Under the pieces are notes generated by a model. The model was not told the origin of the DNA. It saw only the letters and a program-made list of their open reading frames with translations, and did no database searches. A DNA stretch of 64,000 nucleotides from Felis catus (lineage: Eukaryota), in contig NC_058383.1 in the NCBI RefSeq assembly GCF_018350175.1, positions 19,904,001 to 19,968,000 on the forward strand. The letters are read 5' to 3'. Positions 37,148 to 48,874 of this stretch are shown here, one piece after another. Each line of letters begins with the position of its first letter. The first letter of the stretch is position 1. The position numbers were made by a program, and so were the translations under genes.

Positions 37148-38210
37148 TCACCACTTGTTGGCACGGAAGGGCGGAGTCCAGAGGCAGCCAGAGGCAAGGG
37201 GGAGAGCCACCCAGAACCGGGGAACCTGGGGTTTCGTTAGATGACAAGCACCCACTCCTGTCTGTGGCCTCCTGGGGAGAAGAAACACATGGACCTCTCT
37301 CTCCTGCCCTCCCATGTCCTGTCGGCACCTCCCATTAGCCACACCCCTCCCGACGCCAGATTGCAAGGCAGTTAACTGATGCACACCACAGAGCTCAGCC
37401 TCCCGGGCACGGAGAAGGTAGAAACAGGTTGAGAGGATCTGGAGGGACAAACCGCGAACACGTGGGCACAAACCCCTCGGCAGTGACTTGCTACCCCCAG
37501 GTAGGCCTGTGCTCCAGGTGCTGACCTGAGCACAGCCCTGGAAGACGCCGCTCTGGGAGGAGCAGCCTGGAAAGGCAGCCTATACCTCTGATATATGCGG
37601 GAGACGGGCGAAGGGCCACCGTCAGTAACACAGGCAGACACAGCTGACCCCTCCACACGTGCCCGGGTCTTGGTGACCCGACCTCAGCTGGCCGCCTCTC
37701 CCAGGGTGTGAGCAATGATTGGACATGCTTTGTCACTTGTCACTTGTCTAACCTCCCTGACACCAACTTCCCGGGGACAAGGGACCGGCGTTTATAACAC
37801 AGTGGATAATTATCCTTCAAATGAAGCAAGCTATCAGGGGGCGCCCTGGCGGAATAAATCAAAGCAGATGGGGCAGATTTCATCGAACCAAGTGGCCGCG
37901 GCTACTCTTTGGGATGGATTTGTGTAAGAGGTTTCTTCTGCCAGCACCCAACATTTATAAGCAATGCCCCCTCCCCCCCCACTCCCTGTCTTTCAACCAT
38001 TTCCCACGCCCAATGAAGATAAATGTCAGATGAGCAAACAGCCTTCAGATTGATATTGAAAATATTTTGAAGAAAGTCACGAAATGCCAAGCCTTTCTCC
38101 CATCCATAGAGATTCTGTTTATCCCCCGAGAAACGTTTCTCCTCCTAGAAGCTAAATACTACTCGGTGAAGAGGGCAGTATGGTTTTGTAAGAGATTTAG
38201 GTTCTATTCT

Positions 38211-38397
38211 TTTTATTTATTTACTTTTGAAAGAGAGCGCAAGCGGGGGAAGGGCAGAGGGAGAGGGGGACAGAGGATCCGAAGCGGGCTGTGCGCTGAC
38301 AGCATCGAGCCCGATATGGGGCTCGAACTCCTGAACCGCGAGATCATGACCTGAGCTGCCCTCGGACGCTCAACCGACTGAGCCACCCAGGTGCCCC
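38211..38397 (-). mobile_element. Can-SINE with degenerate TSD
   Basis: TAGGTTCTATTCT (38198-38210) / TAAGTTTTATTCT (38398-38410). Confidence 0.95.
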
Positions 38398-38439
38398 TAA
38401 GTTTTATTCTCAGTGTAATAGAATTCACGGGGGAGTTTA

Positions 38440-38765
38440 AACAGGGCAGTGGGAATGGAGTAAGGCCGTGTTGCGGGTCTGTGGGAAGAACTGATTGCAG
38501 GAAGGGAGTAGGAGGGAAGGCGAGGAGACCCAGTGTCTGGAGAGAGAAGGCAATGAATGGGGGATGGTGTTGCACGAAGGTGGCTTCAGGCTACCCTTGG
38601 AGGCAGACTCAGGAGGGTTTCCCGATGGGCAGTGAGGAAAAGGGAGTGATCAGGGTAGGTGTAGTTTGGGCAGAGACGGTGAATGTGAACTTCATTTTGG
38701 ATGCATCGGACTGTAGATGCCTCTGAGAAATCCAAGAAATTCAAACTGGCCGTTGGGTATGCTGA
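38440..38765 (-). mobile_element. L2 fragment
   Basis: GGAGTTTAAACAGGGCAGT...GAACTTCATTTTGGATGCAT...GATGCCTCTGAGAAATCCAAG. Confidence 0.6.
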
Positions 38766-39669
38766 CTGCAGCCACAGGGCTCCTGGTGATGTCCCCTGTT
38801 CTCCTGTCCCCCTGTGGACATTTGGCTGCCACTTCAGGGTGGTGTTACCCTAGTGTGACCCATTCTCCTGTGTCATCAGAGGCAAGGTCAAGCATACCTA
38901 ATAGTATAAGTATCTGATCCTTTCTTAAGTTTTTAAGGTCTGTCCACTTCATTTTACAGATGGGGAAACTGAGGCTCGGGGAGGAAGGGGATTGCTGAAA
39001 ACCACGGAGCATGTTGGTGGCAGAACGCTCATCCCATTTCTGTGTGCTTAGATGATTTCATAGGTCTCTTTGGCTACGGGAGAAGGCACCAGGTCCTGGG
39101 TGCAGAGTTGGCTCTATCGGGTGGAACTTGTCACTAAAAACGGGCCTCTAGTTTGCCGTTTCTCTGCTTCTGCCTCTCTACACTTCATCTCACTGATGAG
39201 TTTCTGAGCTAGATTTTCAGAAGTGGAAGCCCTTTGGAGGTTAACTCGACCCGGGATGACATAGCATGGCCCCTGTTCCACCACTGCCCACGGCAGACAT
39301 GGCCAGTCGATCTCAGAACTCCTCCTCACCCAGTCTTAAGATCGTCTTCCACCTAACACTCCAGGTAGCTGACATTCCAGATTTTGTAGGGGTGTGGAAC
39401 CTGGACACCTGCTTTCCGTGTGGAGATCAGATCCCCCCCAGCCAGCATGTGAGGAGAAAATAATGGAGAGCCCCCATTTTGGAAAAGTGTATTGAATCGC
39501 TCATGAACCACAAATGCCTGTTATTTTGTGGACATTGTGCCTTTCCTCTGTGAGCACACCAGAGCCAGATGCTCACCCAGTTTTGGTACAGATGACTACT
39601 GCTTTGTTGAGTCCTGGATGAAGGAAGTCACCCGTGACTAGGAGCCATGGTGTGATGTGTCCCTTGAAT

Positions 39670-39910
39670 CATAAGTGGAGTAGTTGCTGTGCACCCAACG
39701 CTCTTCTAAATGCCTCCCACCTATTGATTTATCTAATCCTTACACCAGTCCCATGACCTGAGTACTATTATTAACCCCACCTTTCGGATTAAGCAAATGC
39801 AAATCCGAGAGGTGAAGTGATTTTCCCAATGTCATGCTGCTGGTAAGAGCTTGAGCCAGGATTTGAACCTGGAGTTTGGTTGCAGAGCCTGAACTCTTCA
39901 TGCTGTCCAG
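39670..39910 (-). mobile_element. MIR SINE
   Basis: TAATCCTTACACCAGTCCCATGA...GAGAGGTGAAGTGA...GAGCCAGGATTTGAACC. Confidence 0.8.
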
Positions 39911-42071
39911 AGATGGTGAATTAGTGGCGACCTCACACTGGAATGCAGGCCTCATTGTTCCCAGCCCGTGGTTCTATACATCCCTCCAGATCCCCGTCTT
40001 GGCTGGGCTTCCCTGCCCTCTAGCCTGGGGCCGCCACATTTGCTGACTGTTGCATTCGTCACCTGTTATCCATCGTGGTCTCCAGGGCTTTGGCTAAGCA
40101 TGTGCGCTAAGGCTCAAACCTCATTTCTCCAATCCATTCAGAGCTTTATTGATCTTGCCTGACACTCGCGCCTCTCAGATTCTCAGCCCCATGCTGCCGG
40201 ACAAATGGCCTCTGCACCGCTGGGCCTCACAGGAGCCTCAGCTGTTTAACCAATCAGGGCTCTGGGTTCATGGAGGAGGCAGGGGTGGGGAAGAGGAAAG
40301 CCATGGTGGATGGGAAAAGGGCACTGACCCCCTGGGGGCTCCAGAATACTCTCCCCAGCGGCTCCTAAAAGGCCTTGATCTCAGCAGCTTATAGATTTAG
40401 GGCTGCTCTCCAAGGTCCTGGAAGAACTCATGAGCATAGCAGCAGCAGAAGGGATCACTACTGGACCTTCGTGCCCGTTAGGATGAAGACAGGAAAGCAG
40501 ATTCCTGGGGATTAGTAAGACTAAGACATTTGTCTAGACGGCCCAGAAGTTGATGTTTTGGAGCTGAGGTTTCAATGTTTTATCCTGTGCTCTCTGATGG
40601 CTATATCCTTGGCTTCCCAAAGTAGGTTTGTGGCAGGAGCTGCGGCATTTTGTGGCCCTGGATGAATGCGTGGTGTTTCATTTCCAAAAAGAAAAAAAAA
40701 AGGCCATCCTTAGGTAGGTTTTCTGAAGTCAGGTCTTAGATAGTCAGAAACACACCTGTAGAATTTTTTATGTGCCAGGTACAGCTCGAAACATTTAACT
40801 CACAGTTGGTTTTAACTCACCTAATATTTATGGCAACCGCGTGAGGCAGGTATGGTAATTCCCCCACTTTACAAACGAGAAAAATGGGAGAAAGGGGTGT
40901 ATCTGGCCCTCAGAATTCACACTCAAGCATCTGGTTCTTGAATTTGAGGTCCCACTCAAGCCCACCCGAAATGCTCTTCTGCCTGACATGGTCTGCTCTT
41001 GTGGTTGTGACGGTGGCTAAATGTCACTCATGGATATAGAATTTGATGGATTCCTTTCATTTAGAACCCCTAACTGAGACCATCTAGATGTGCCAAGGGA
41101 GGAAAGATGCTGTAGAAGCTGTTTCTTGGGGACAGCAGCTCTCTCCTGGTGCTGGAGATACATTCAGCCCAGTTCGAGTGCAAGCTTACAGAAGAGAAAA
41201 GGCAGATCATGGATTCCACACGCTGAGTACTCATTCCTCTATTCAATCATTTACCACTTTTTCCAGTAGTAAATTTTTTTCATAAGTATTTGTTGAGCAC
41301 CTACTATATGCTAACATATCTATTAACTTAGCCACAAATAAATATTTGCTCGAGGAGAGACCAGCGCAGAGAGACGGGAACTCTGTACAAGATATGACGT
41401 ATCTCCTGACAGTTCCACCTGAACCTCAGCCTCTGGGTTTGAGACAGACAACTTGGAGATTCCCAAAGCTGAGACTTTTGCACGTGGTCCTTGGCAAACC
41501 CCTCTGATCAAGTGCTTGTCCAAATCTTGTTATATGAAGCCTCTGAAAACTTTCACTTGTGCTTCATGGCTGGAGAGCTTGCGGGCAAATGGGACATCTC
41601 CTTGCCCTGGGGTAAAGAGTGCCCCAGGCCTCTGTCACACGTCCATTGGAAGACCACTGGGATCCCCTTCGTGTGTGGCCACACATGCTGGTAGAGCTGG
41701 TTGTCCAAACCAGACCAAACAGGCACGACTGAACCTTACGAGAGGTTCACACTGATGCAGCGATTATGGGCAGGAGCTCTGGGCCAGGCTGTTTGGGTCG
41801 GTCCAGCCTGCCACTTCCTGGTTGTTTGACTTTGAACAAACTGCTTTACCAGCATCAGACTGTGATATGTGGGAGAAACAAACATTTGGCTGTGTTAATC
41901 CTCTGATATTTTAGGGTTGTTAACAGCAGTTAGTAAGCACTCCTTTGGTTAGTACAGAAAAAGTGAAATGTTGGAGGTGTGAGAAACGCGGTTGGGGGCA
42001 TGTTGAAGGACAGGGACACGCGCTTTGTGACTGCCAGGTTTTGAGAGGGATTAGGCACGTGGAGGCAGTTC

Positions 42072-42300
42072 TTTTTAAAAAAAAATTTTTTTAATGTTTT
42101 ATTTATTTCTAAGACAGAGAGAGAGAGACAGAGCATGAGTGGGGATGGGGCAGAGAGAGGGGGAGACACAGAATCCGAAGCAGGCTCCAGGCTCTGAGCC
42201 ATCAGCCCAGAGCCTGACGCGGGACTCGAACTCACAGGCTGCGAGATTGTGACCCGGGCTGAAGTCGGACGCTCAACCGACTGAGCCACCCAGGCGCCCC
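42072..42300 (-). mobile_element. Can-SINE (first of a tandem pair)
   Basis: Full SINE ending CCACCCAGGCGCCCC. Confidence 0.96.
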
Positions 42301-42504
42301 AATGTTTTATTTATTTTTAAGACACAGAGAGAGACAGAGCATGAGTGGGGATGGGGCAGAGAGGGGGAGACACAGAATCCAAAGCAGGTTCCAGGCTCTG
42401 AGCTGTCGGCACGGAGCCCGACGCAGGGCTCGAACTCATGGACCGCGAGATCGTGACCTGAGCAGAAGTCAGACGCTCAACCAACTGAGCCACCCAGGCA
42501 CCCC
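42301..42504 (-). mobile_element. Can-SINE (second of a tandem pair)
   Basis: Full SINE body ending CCCAGGCACCCC. Confidence 0.96.
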
Positions 42505-42650
42505 GAGAAAAGTAAATTTTAATATGGAACTTACCAATTTTTAAAAAGTTGGGCGGTTAGTTAAAAATGTTTGAAAACACCATGCGGGCTGACGAAGGCA
42601 CATCTGTCGGCCAAATCTGGCTTGTGGACAAACAGTGAGCTCTCTCTCTG
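42505..42650. mobile_element. MER102-like hAT DNA transposon fragment
   Basis: TTTTTAAAAAGTTGG...AAAACACCATGCGGGC...CACATCTGTCGGCCAAATCTGGC. Confidence 0.55.
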
Positions 42651-43559
42651 CCTGGGACTCTTGGGTTTCCATCTCTCCGAGGGTTGGTCTTGTTCCCCCG
42701 GGGACCATTGTGCCCTGGATGGAACTGGGAGCCAGGAGGAGCCTTGGGCAGATGCTGGTCCTGGCAAACACACCAGGCACAACTCCTTCCTCTAAGAGGA
42801 GAAACAGGCTAAAGAAACCAGGGGTGGCAGGAAGAGAAAGGGCTTCTAGTTGTTTTCTGGTCGGGGAGGAGCAAAGGGCAAAATAAAGAACCCAGTGGGG
42901 GGCCTAGGAGGGAAATTCATCGGGGGAATAGGGCTGAGGGTTTCTTAGTAGTCATGCTAATGAGTGCTTGAGTCCCTCATGAGTCCCAAAATGAAACCCG
43001 GAAGGAAACCCTGACAATGGTTGGGAGTGAACTTCACAGCTGGGGTCCTTTTGGGGTCCCAGATTTCATCAGTGTATGCCTCAGTGTCCCCACAGGCTCC
43101 CTGGACACTGTTTATGGGTGGCTGGGCTGAGCTGAGTGGAGGTTGCTGAGCAGAACAGATGTGTGGTTTTGATGTGAACAGACAGAGAGAGGCCCCTGAG
43201 CCCGCGGCCCCTCTCCTCCGGCCCTAGCCCAGGGGTAGGGCCCCTGCCCGCCCAGGTCCGTGCCCCTCTTTGTGGTGCATCCCTCTCCACTGAGACCCAG
43301 CAAGGCAGGTGTCTTTCTGCAGGGAGTGGCAGGAGGGATTTACGGCCTTTATTTCTGCAGAGAAATAAAACACTACCTTCTGCTCAGGCTTCTCATCCTG
43401 CTGGGCTCCTCCCTGCCATTCCCCCAGAGATGGGATTTTGAGTGATGAGGGAGGAGTGGAGGACGGATGGGGGTGGGGCAAGGATCCGGGGAAATAACGG
43501 TATTCAAGGAGATGGGGACACGGAGACAGGACTGGTGGGGAGCCACTCGGAGAGGAGGG

Positions 43560-43830
43560 CAGAGAGGGGTTTGGGAGGGGCTAAGAGCTAGGGAGACACA
43601 GAGACAAAGATAAAGAGAGAGACGGAGAGAAAGCCAGTGACAGAGAGACGGAGAGGCAGCCGGAGGGAATGGTGACACAGAGAGACAGATGGACAGACAG
43701 CTATATGCAGAGATACAGAGAGGAAGACAGACAGACAAAGAGGCCATTTTCTAGGGCCAAGACAAAAGCAGACAAAAAGGAAGCTATGGGCCAACTGAGA
43801 AGACAAGGCCGTGACAAGGAAAAAAAGAAT
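43560..43830. repeat. GA-rich (GACAGA-like) low-complexity tract
   Basis: Directly visible. Confidence 0.75.
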
Positions 43831-45356
43831 GATCCAGAGAGACCGGCGGCCTGTAGCCCCGGGCGGAGAAGGGCACAGAGAAGCACAGCCATGGAAACAG
43901 TGGGCAGAGGCAGGCCCCCACGCGAGATGCGGGGTGGATGGCTACAGACAGGCAGAGAGGGAAGTTATTTACTGAAAGCCTCCTGAGTCCAAGTGGTTTG
44001 CATATATATGTATTTGCTGATCACATTTTTTGACTTCTTTGTTTGACCCTTGCGTCACTGAGCTGGGGGCCCCCCTGACCGCGCCCTGGCTCCACAGCCC
44101 CCGCTCTTTCCAGACACAGAGGGCAGGAACCAGTGACGGACCATGTGCCCCAGGAACCTTGGGTTTCTGACCCTTCCTGGCCCTTCCTGAATTCTGCAGT
44201 TGCAAATTGGGGCTGGAGGAGATGGGAGGTGCCGGGGGTGGTCCTCATAGGGCTTGGGGGTCATTCCTCTGGGAGGGAAGGATCTGGAAGGATCTTTGCT
44301 TGATCAGGGGGAGAGGATGGTAGGACGCCTTCAAAGACTCCTGAGCACCCCCCAGAAAAAAGATCCAAACTCCTCATTCTGGAGGTCAGAGCCCCCCACG
44401 GTCTGACTCCGATCTACTTCTGGAGCCGAGCCCTCTCTCATAGGACTAGCCTGCCGGGACCAGCTACTGTTCTTCTGCCTTCTCTGCGTGGGTCTCCCAA
44501 TTTCTTGCTTGATAGCACTCTGCGCTTGGCCATGGCACAAAGCATCGCCCCCCTGGGGGTGTCTCTTCACCCTCACAGACGTCCCTTTGGTGTTTTGCTG
44601 TTTGTATTACCTACAGTTGCAGGGTCTCTACAAGAGTGTTTTTTGACCAAGGATCGCTTGAGAAATCTCTGTAGTCCTCTTAAGCAAATACCCCAAAAAC
44701 GACACGTCTGTGTCTCCTGAGGCCTGGTTTGTCAGGGACACTGGAAACTGAGGTCCCAGGGACAGGCTGGGTGAATTAGTGAATTCTTCACCGTCATGGA
44801 GGTGGCCTTGTTTCTGCTGGCTCCTGGGCTCCATTCTGGGGTATACGGTGAGGTCTCAGGGCTGGGACGGCTGGGTGGGATATTTTCCAGAGTGGCTGAA
44901 AGCAAGTGAGGAGGGCGGTGAAGCACTGGGGAGTAAGACCAGAAGTCAGGTCTGGGGCATAAGATGATGCCACAACTGGACGGAGTCTGGGTAGGTACCA
45001 AGAAAAATGATCGTGGAGTGACTTCCCAAGAGCCAGGATAGGTGGGGAGTGGTATACAGGTCAAGATGGTCCGAGGCAATCACTCCGGATGGGAGCTCTG
45101 TGGCATGAGACAAGTCTGACAGACTGGGGGTGTGGTGTGGTGCTCCCTCCTACCCACTGCACTTGTGTTCTGGACCATTCCCTGGGCAAGACTCCCCTCA
45201 TTCTTGGAATGACAGCCTGGACATCTTTCAGTCTCTTATTTCCTCTCTGGGTGGCCATCAATAACCGGAGTTCTTCTAGCTCCTCCCCCGCTCGCCGCCC
45301 CCCCCCCCCCCCCCCCCGCCACCTTAGGGTTGACCTGCGTGTAAGAGGGGAGGTGG

Positions 45357-45968
45357 TCACATTTGGGTTGGGATGACGTGCAGGTGATACAGAGATTGGA
45401 CTTCCCCGGCTGGGCATGTCCAGTCTTTGGAAGCCTTCTCTTTGTCCCCCGTTCTGAGCCCCTCAGGGTGAGTCTCCAGGTGGGGTGGGGGGGGGCACCT
45501 GCCATCCCAAGGGATTTCCATAAAGAGTGATGAAGTTATTCATCCAAGTTAGACACTTTCACCCTTGGGTCAATACTGATGTTCACGCAAAGTGCCTCGG
45601 GGCATATTTATTTCCCTGGAAGTGAAGAGGTTGGGAAAACCCAGCTGTTACCACAGGGACCACCCCAGATGGTGAAATTTAATGGCAATCCCTCCTTGGT
45701 TGGAGGAGGAATGGGGGAATGGGGTCAAGGATTAGCCCCCCACCCCCCACCCCGGAGGAGGGGAGACTTCAGGTTAGAAATGAGATTTAGGACTTTGCAA
45801 TTTGAGGCTAAGAGCAGCAGCGTCAGTGTTTCTGTTCCTGACCCAAGTCAGCCAGGAAGGTGTCCCTGTGAAGGCTGATCCAAGGAGAATGCTTCCAACT
45901 TGGGGAAATGCCCAGCCGGGGAAGTCCAATCTCTGTACCACCTCTGTGTCGTTGCAACCCAAATGTGA
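45357..45968. repeat. Inverted repeat: 88-bp arms (45357-45444 / 45881-45968), 436-bp spacer
   Basis: Ungapped manual alignment 72/88; perfect 30-bp core ATGCCCAGCCGGGGAAGTCCAATCTCTGTA (45388-45417 rc / 45908-45937). Confidence 0.92.
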
Positions 45969-46169
45969 GGCATGTATACACATACATCTCCCTCTTTGGT
46001 GGATGCCTGGGTGGACCCCTGTTCGAGGGGCAGAAGACGATAGCTCTCCGTCTACACTGGGAGGCTGTACCGTGGAGGTCAGCGCAGGGGCGGAAGAGAA
46101 GGTCTTCAGAAAACCGTTCAGTCTCCTCACTGTGGTCGAAGAGACAGACGGGTATGTTTGACAGGATAG

Positions 46170-46566
46170 GCTGATTGTGGTAAGTCTCCGAATGTCAGCG
46201 CTTTAATGCAGCCAAAATGTTTCTTACATCACAGGCCGTTATGGACTCTGCTCCATTCGGTTTTCAGGAACCCACATCCCTTTCACTTTATGGCTCTGCA
46301 GTCCTCTGGGTCCTCAGCTTAGATGGACAAAAAGCGAGGGCATTGCACAGCAATGTTTGGATCGGGCAGGGAAGTAACACATTCCCACATTCCTCCGGCA
46401 AAGGGTTTCCTCCTGGGAAGACTTGGCCTGATTACTGGGGAAGGGATTGACATCCGAACCCACTGGTCAGAATTGGGCCAGGCTGGCACTCCTATGTGCC
46501 ACGGAGGCAGTGAGATTAATGTTTTAGCTGAGCACTTTGCTGCCCTGAACAAAATATGGGCTAATG
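46170..46566 (-). mobile_element. Old MLT1-family LTR
   Basis: TTTCAGGAACCCACATCCCTTTCACTTTATGGCTCTGC...GGAAGTAACACA. Confidence 0.5.
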
Positions 46567-46567
<1 letters not shown>

Positions 46568-46602
<35 letters not shown>

Positions 46603-46745
46603 ACGTGTGTGTGCATATGCATATATGTATATGTGTATAAATGCATATGTATGGGTGTGCATGTGTGTTACTATGTGCTCCTATGTGTATGCACACACGT
46701 GTGCATATGTGTGTGTATGTATATGTGTCTGCATGTATGTGCCCA
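46568..46745. repeat. (TG)n plus degenerate TG/TA/CA microsatellite
   Basis: Directly visible. Confidence 0.93.
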
Positions 46746-46865
46746 TGTGACACATTTGGGACATCATCCTTGGGGTGCCCAATGGAACGCTGGTCAGAGA
46801 ATGATCAGAGTTGCAGACTTAAATATCTATAGGACCTGGGCTGATCTTTAAGTAAACAACGTGGT

Positions 46866-47082
46866 GGGGCGCCTGGGTGGCACAGTCGGTTAAGCGTCCG
46901 ACTTCAGCCAGGTCACAATCTCGCGGTCCGTGAGTTCGAGCCCCCCGCGTCAGGCTCTGGGCTGATGGCTCGGAGCCTGGAGCCTGCTTCCGATTCTGTG
47001 TCTCCCTCTCTCTCTGCCCCTCCACCATTCATGCTCTGTCTCTCTCTGTCCCAAAAATAAATAAAACCGTTGAAAAAAAAAA
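46866..47082 (+). mobile_element. Young felid Can-SINE with TSD
   Basis: TSD TTTAAGTAAACAACGTGG at 46847-46864 and 47083-47100. Confidence 0.98.
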
Positions 47083-47100
47083 TTTAAGTAAACAACGTGG

Positions 47101-47487
47101 ATGTCAGACTGGAGAGGATTGTCCACACAGGTCCCGCTGAGAGTGGCTCTGGGGGAAGGCTTGGTGAATCCAGATTTTCAGGAACGTCAGAGAGGCAGCA
47201 AGTCAAAACTTTTATACGTACTCTTTTTTTTTTCATGTCGGCAGTGGGTGATCCTCTAAACCCTACTCAGCAGTGCTGTGGCCAAAAGCAGACGTGTCCA
47301 CAGGAGGGCTGGTTCCCGAGGGCCGGGCCGTCTCTTCTGTCCAGGCTGGTGTCAGCTGCGGACCGGGTCCCTCTCTGTACACAGGAGGGTCCTGGCTGTG
47401 ACCATGACACCCTTCTGGGTGTGCAGGAAAACACAGCTGAATGTTAAATAAACACCCACTAATTACCCTGAGAATATTTATTGAGGT
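47101..47487 (+). repeat. Dispersed direct duplication, copy 1
   Basis: Matches 48487-48874 with 8 substitutions and a 1-nt T-run indel (manual count). Confidence 0.97.
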
Positions 47488-48174
47488 TTTCCCACGTTGT
47501 AATAAGAAATTATTGAAACATATATCACCCACCGAGCTGTTAATCATTGGTAAATATATTTTAAATACAGCAGTCCATTAGTATTTTAATTTAGCTTGTC
47601 TCCTGGAGAATATGTGCTGTATGAGACAAATGTCCCCAGCTTCGGAGCCCAGGGAAAAATTTCCTCACCTAGTTAATCTTTATGTTCTCCGCTCAGGGAG
47701 GAAATCCCGGCTGCACCAGCAAGAGAAATGTTCCCCGGGGGCCAGTATTGATGGTGAGTGTCCTTGAGGAGCTGGTGGGCGAGGCAGGGAGGCCACAGCT
47801 CTGGAGCAGAGAAGGAGTGAGTGGGAGACAGGGCAAGGCTGGGAGTCACTGTTGCTGACTGCTGGGCCACCACCCTGCCGTTCACTGGAATGTGAAATTG
47901 TATAGCTGAGAAGAAAAAACAAAAACCCAACTAATGTACTGAACCTCAGTGGTCACAACAGGCATTTTTCAAACTTGGATGTTCTGCACAGAATTGTTTG
48001 CCTCCCTTCTCTGCAGGGGGTTGGTTCAGACCTCATGCCTCGCATGTGCCTTATCTTATGTGGGGCCAGCCAGAAAGGGACAGACCCAGTGATGCTGATC
48101 GGGGAGGGTTCTGCCTAAGGTTTGCCTTGGTGACCACCTGGTGAGCCTTGTGGGAGCCTCTCCCCGAACCGCCT

Positions 48175-48420
48175 GTTCATTTAACAGACACTTATTGAGC
48201 ACCAGCTGTGTACCAGGTATCATTCTAGGCACTGGAGGTGCAGGTGTGAACCAGAAAGAGAAGGTTCTACATTCTGGTGGTGGACCACAGACAGCTAACG
48301 TGTCATAAGCAAGCGCATTTCAGAGAGTGATCACGCTATGAGAAAACAGAGCAGGGTGTTGGGGGACAGTGACTGGCATCATGGAGCTTTGACTCGTATC
48401 CTTATTTTTATCTGATAGGT
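48175..48420 (-). mobile_element. L2 3' fragment
   Basis: TTCATTTAACAGACACTTATTGAGCACCAGCTGTGTACCAGGTATCATTCTAGGCACTGG. Confidence 0.85.
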
Positions 48421-48424
48421 GAGG

Positions 48425-48427
<3 letters not shown>

Positions 48428-48471
<44 letters not shown>
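48428..48471. repeat. (GA)n microsatellite
   Basis: Directly visible. Confidence 0.97.
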
Positions 48472-48474
<3 letters not shown>

Positions 48475-48486
48475 ACCTTTGAATGC

Positions 48487-48874
48487 ATGTCAGACTGGAG
48501 AGGATTGTCCACGCAGGTCCCGCTGAGAGTGGCTCTGGGGGAAGGCTTGGTGAATCCAGATTTTCAGGAATGTCAGAGAGGCAGCAAGTCAAAACTTTTA
48601 TATGTACTCTTTTTTTTTTTCATGTCGGCAGTGGGTGATCCTCTAAACCCTACTCAGCAGTGCTGTGGCCAAAAGCAGACGTGTCCACAGGAGGGCTGGT
48701 TCCCGAGGGCCGGGCCGTCTCTGCTGTCCAGGCTGGTGTCAGCTGCGGACCGGGTCCCTCTCTGTACACAGGAGGGTCCTGGCTGTGACCATGACACCCT
48801 TCTGGGTGTGCAGGAAAACACAGCTGAATGTTAAATAAATGCCCCCTAATTACCCTGAGGATATTTATTGAGGT
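48487..48874 (+). repeat. Dispersed direct duplication, copy 2
   Basis: Matches 47101-47487. Confidence 0.97.

Noticed and set aside
45357..45968. MITE with terminal inverted repeats, or a pre-miRNA
   Set aside because: No TSD is visible and the best identity is internal rather than terminal; the 436-bp loop is far too long for a pre-miRNA.
47101..48874. TRIM or non-autonomous LTR element (two direct repeats around 1 kb)
   Set aside because: No TG...CA ends, primer-binding site or TSD; the interior contains an ancient L2 and unique DNA.
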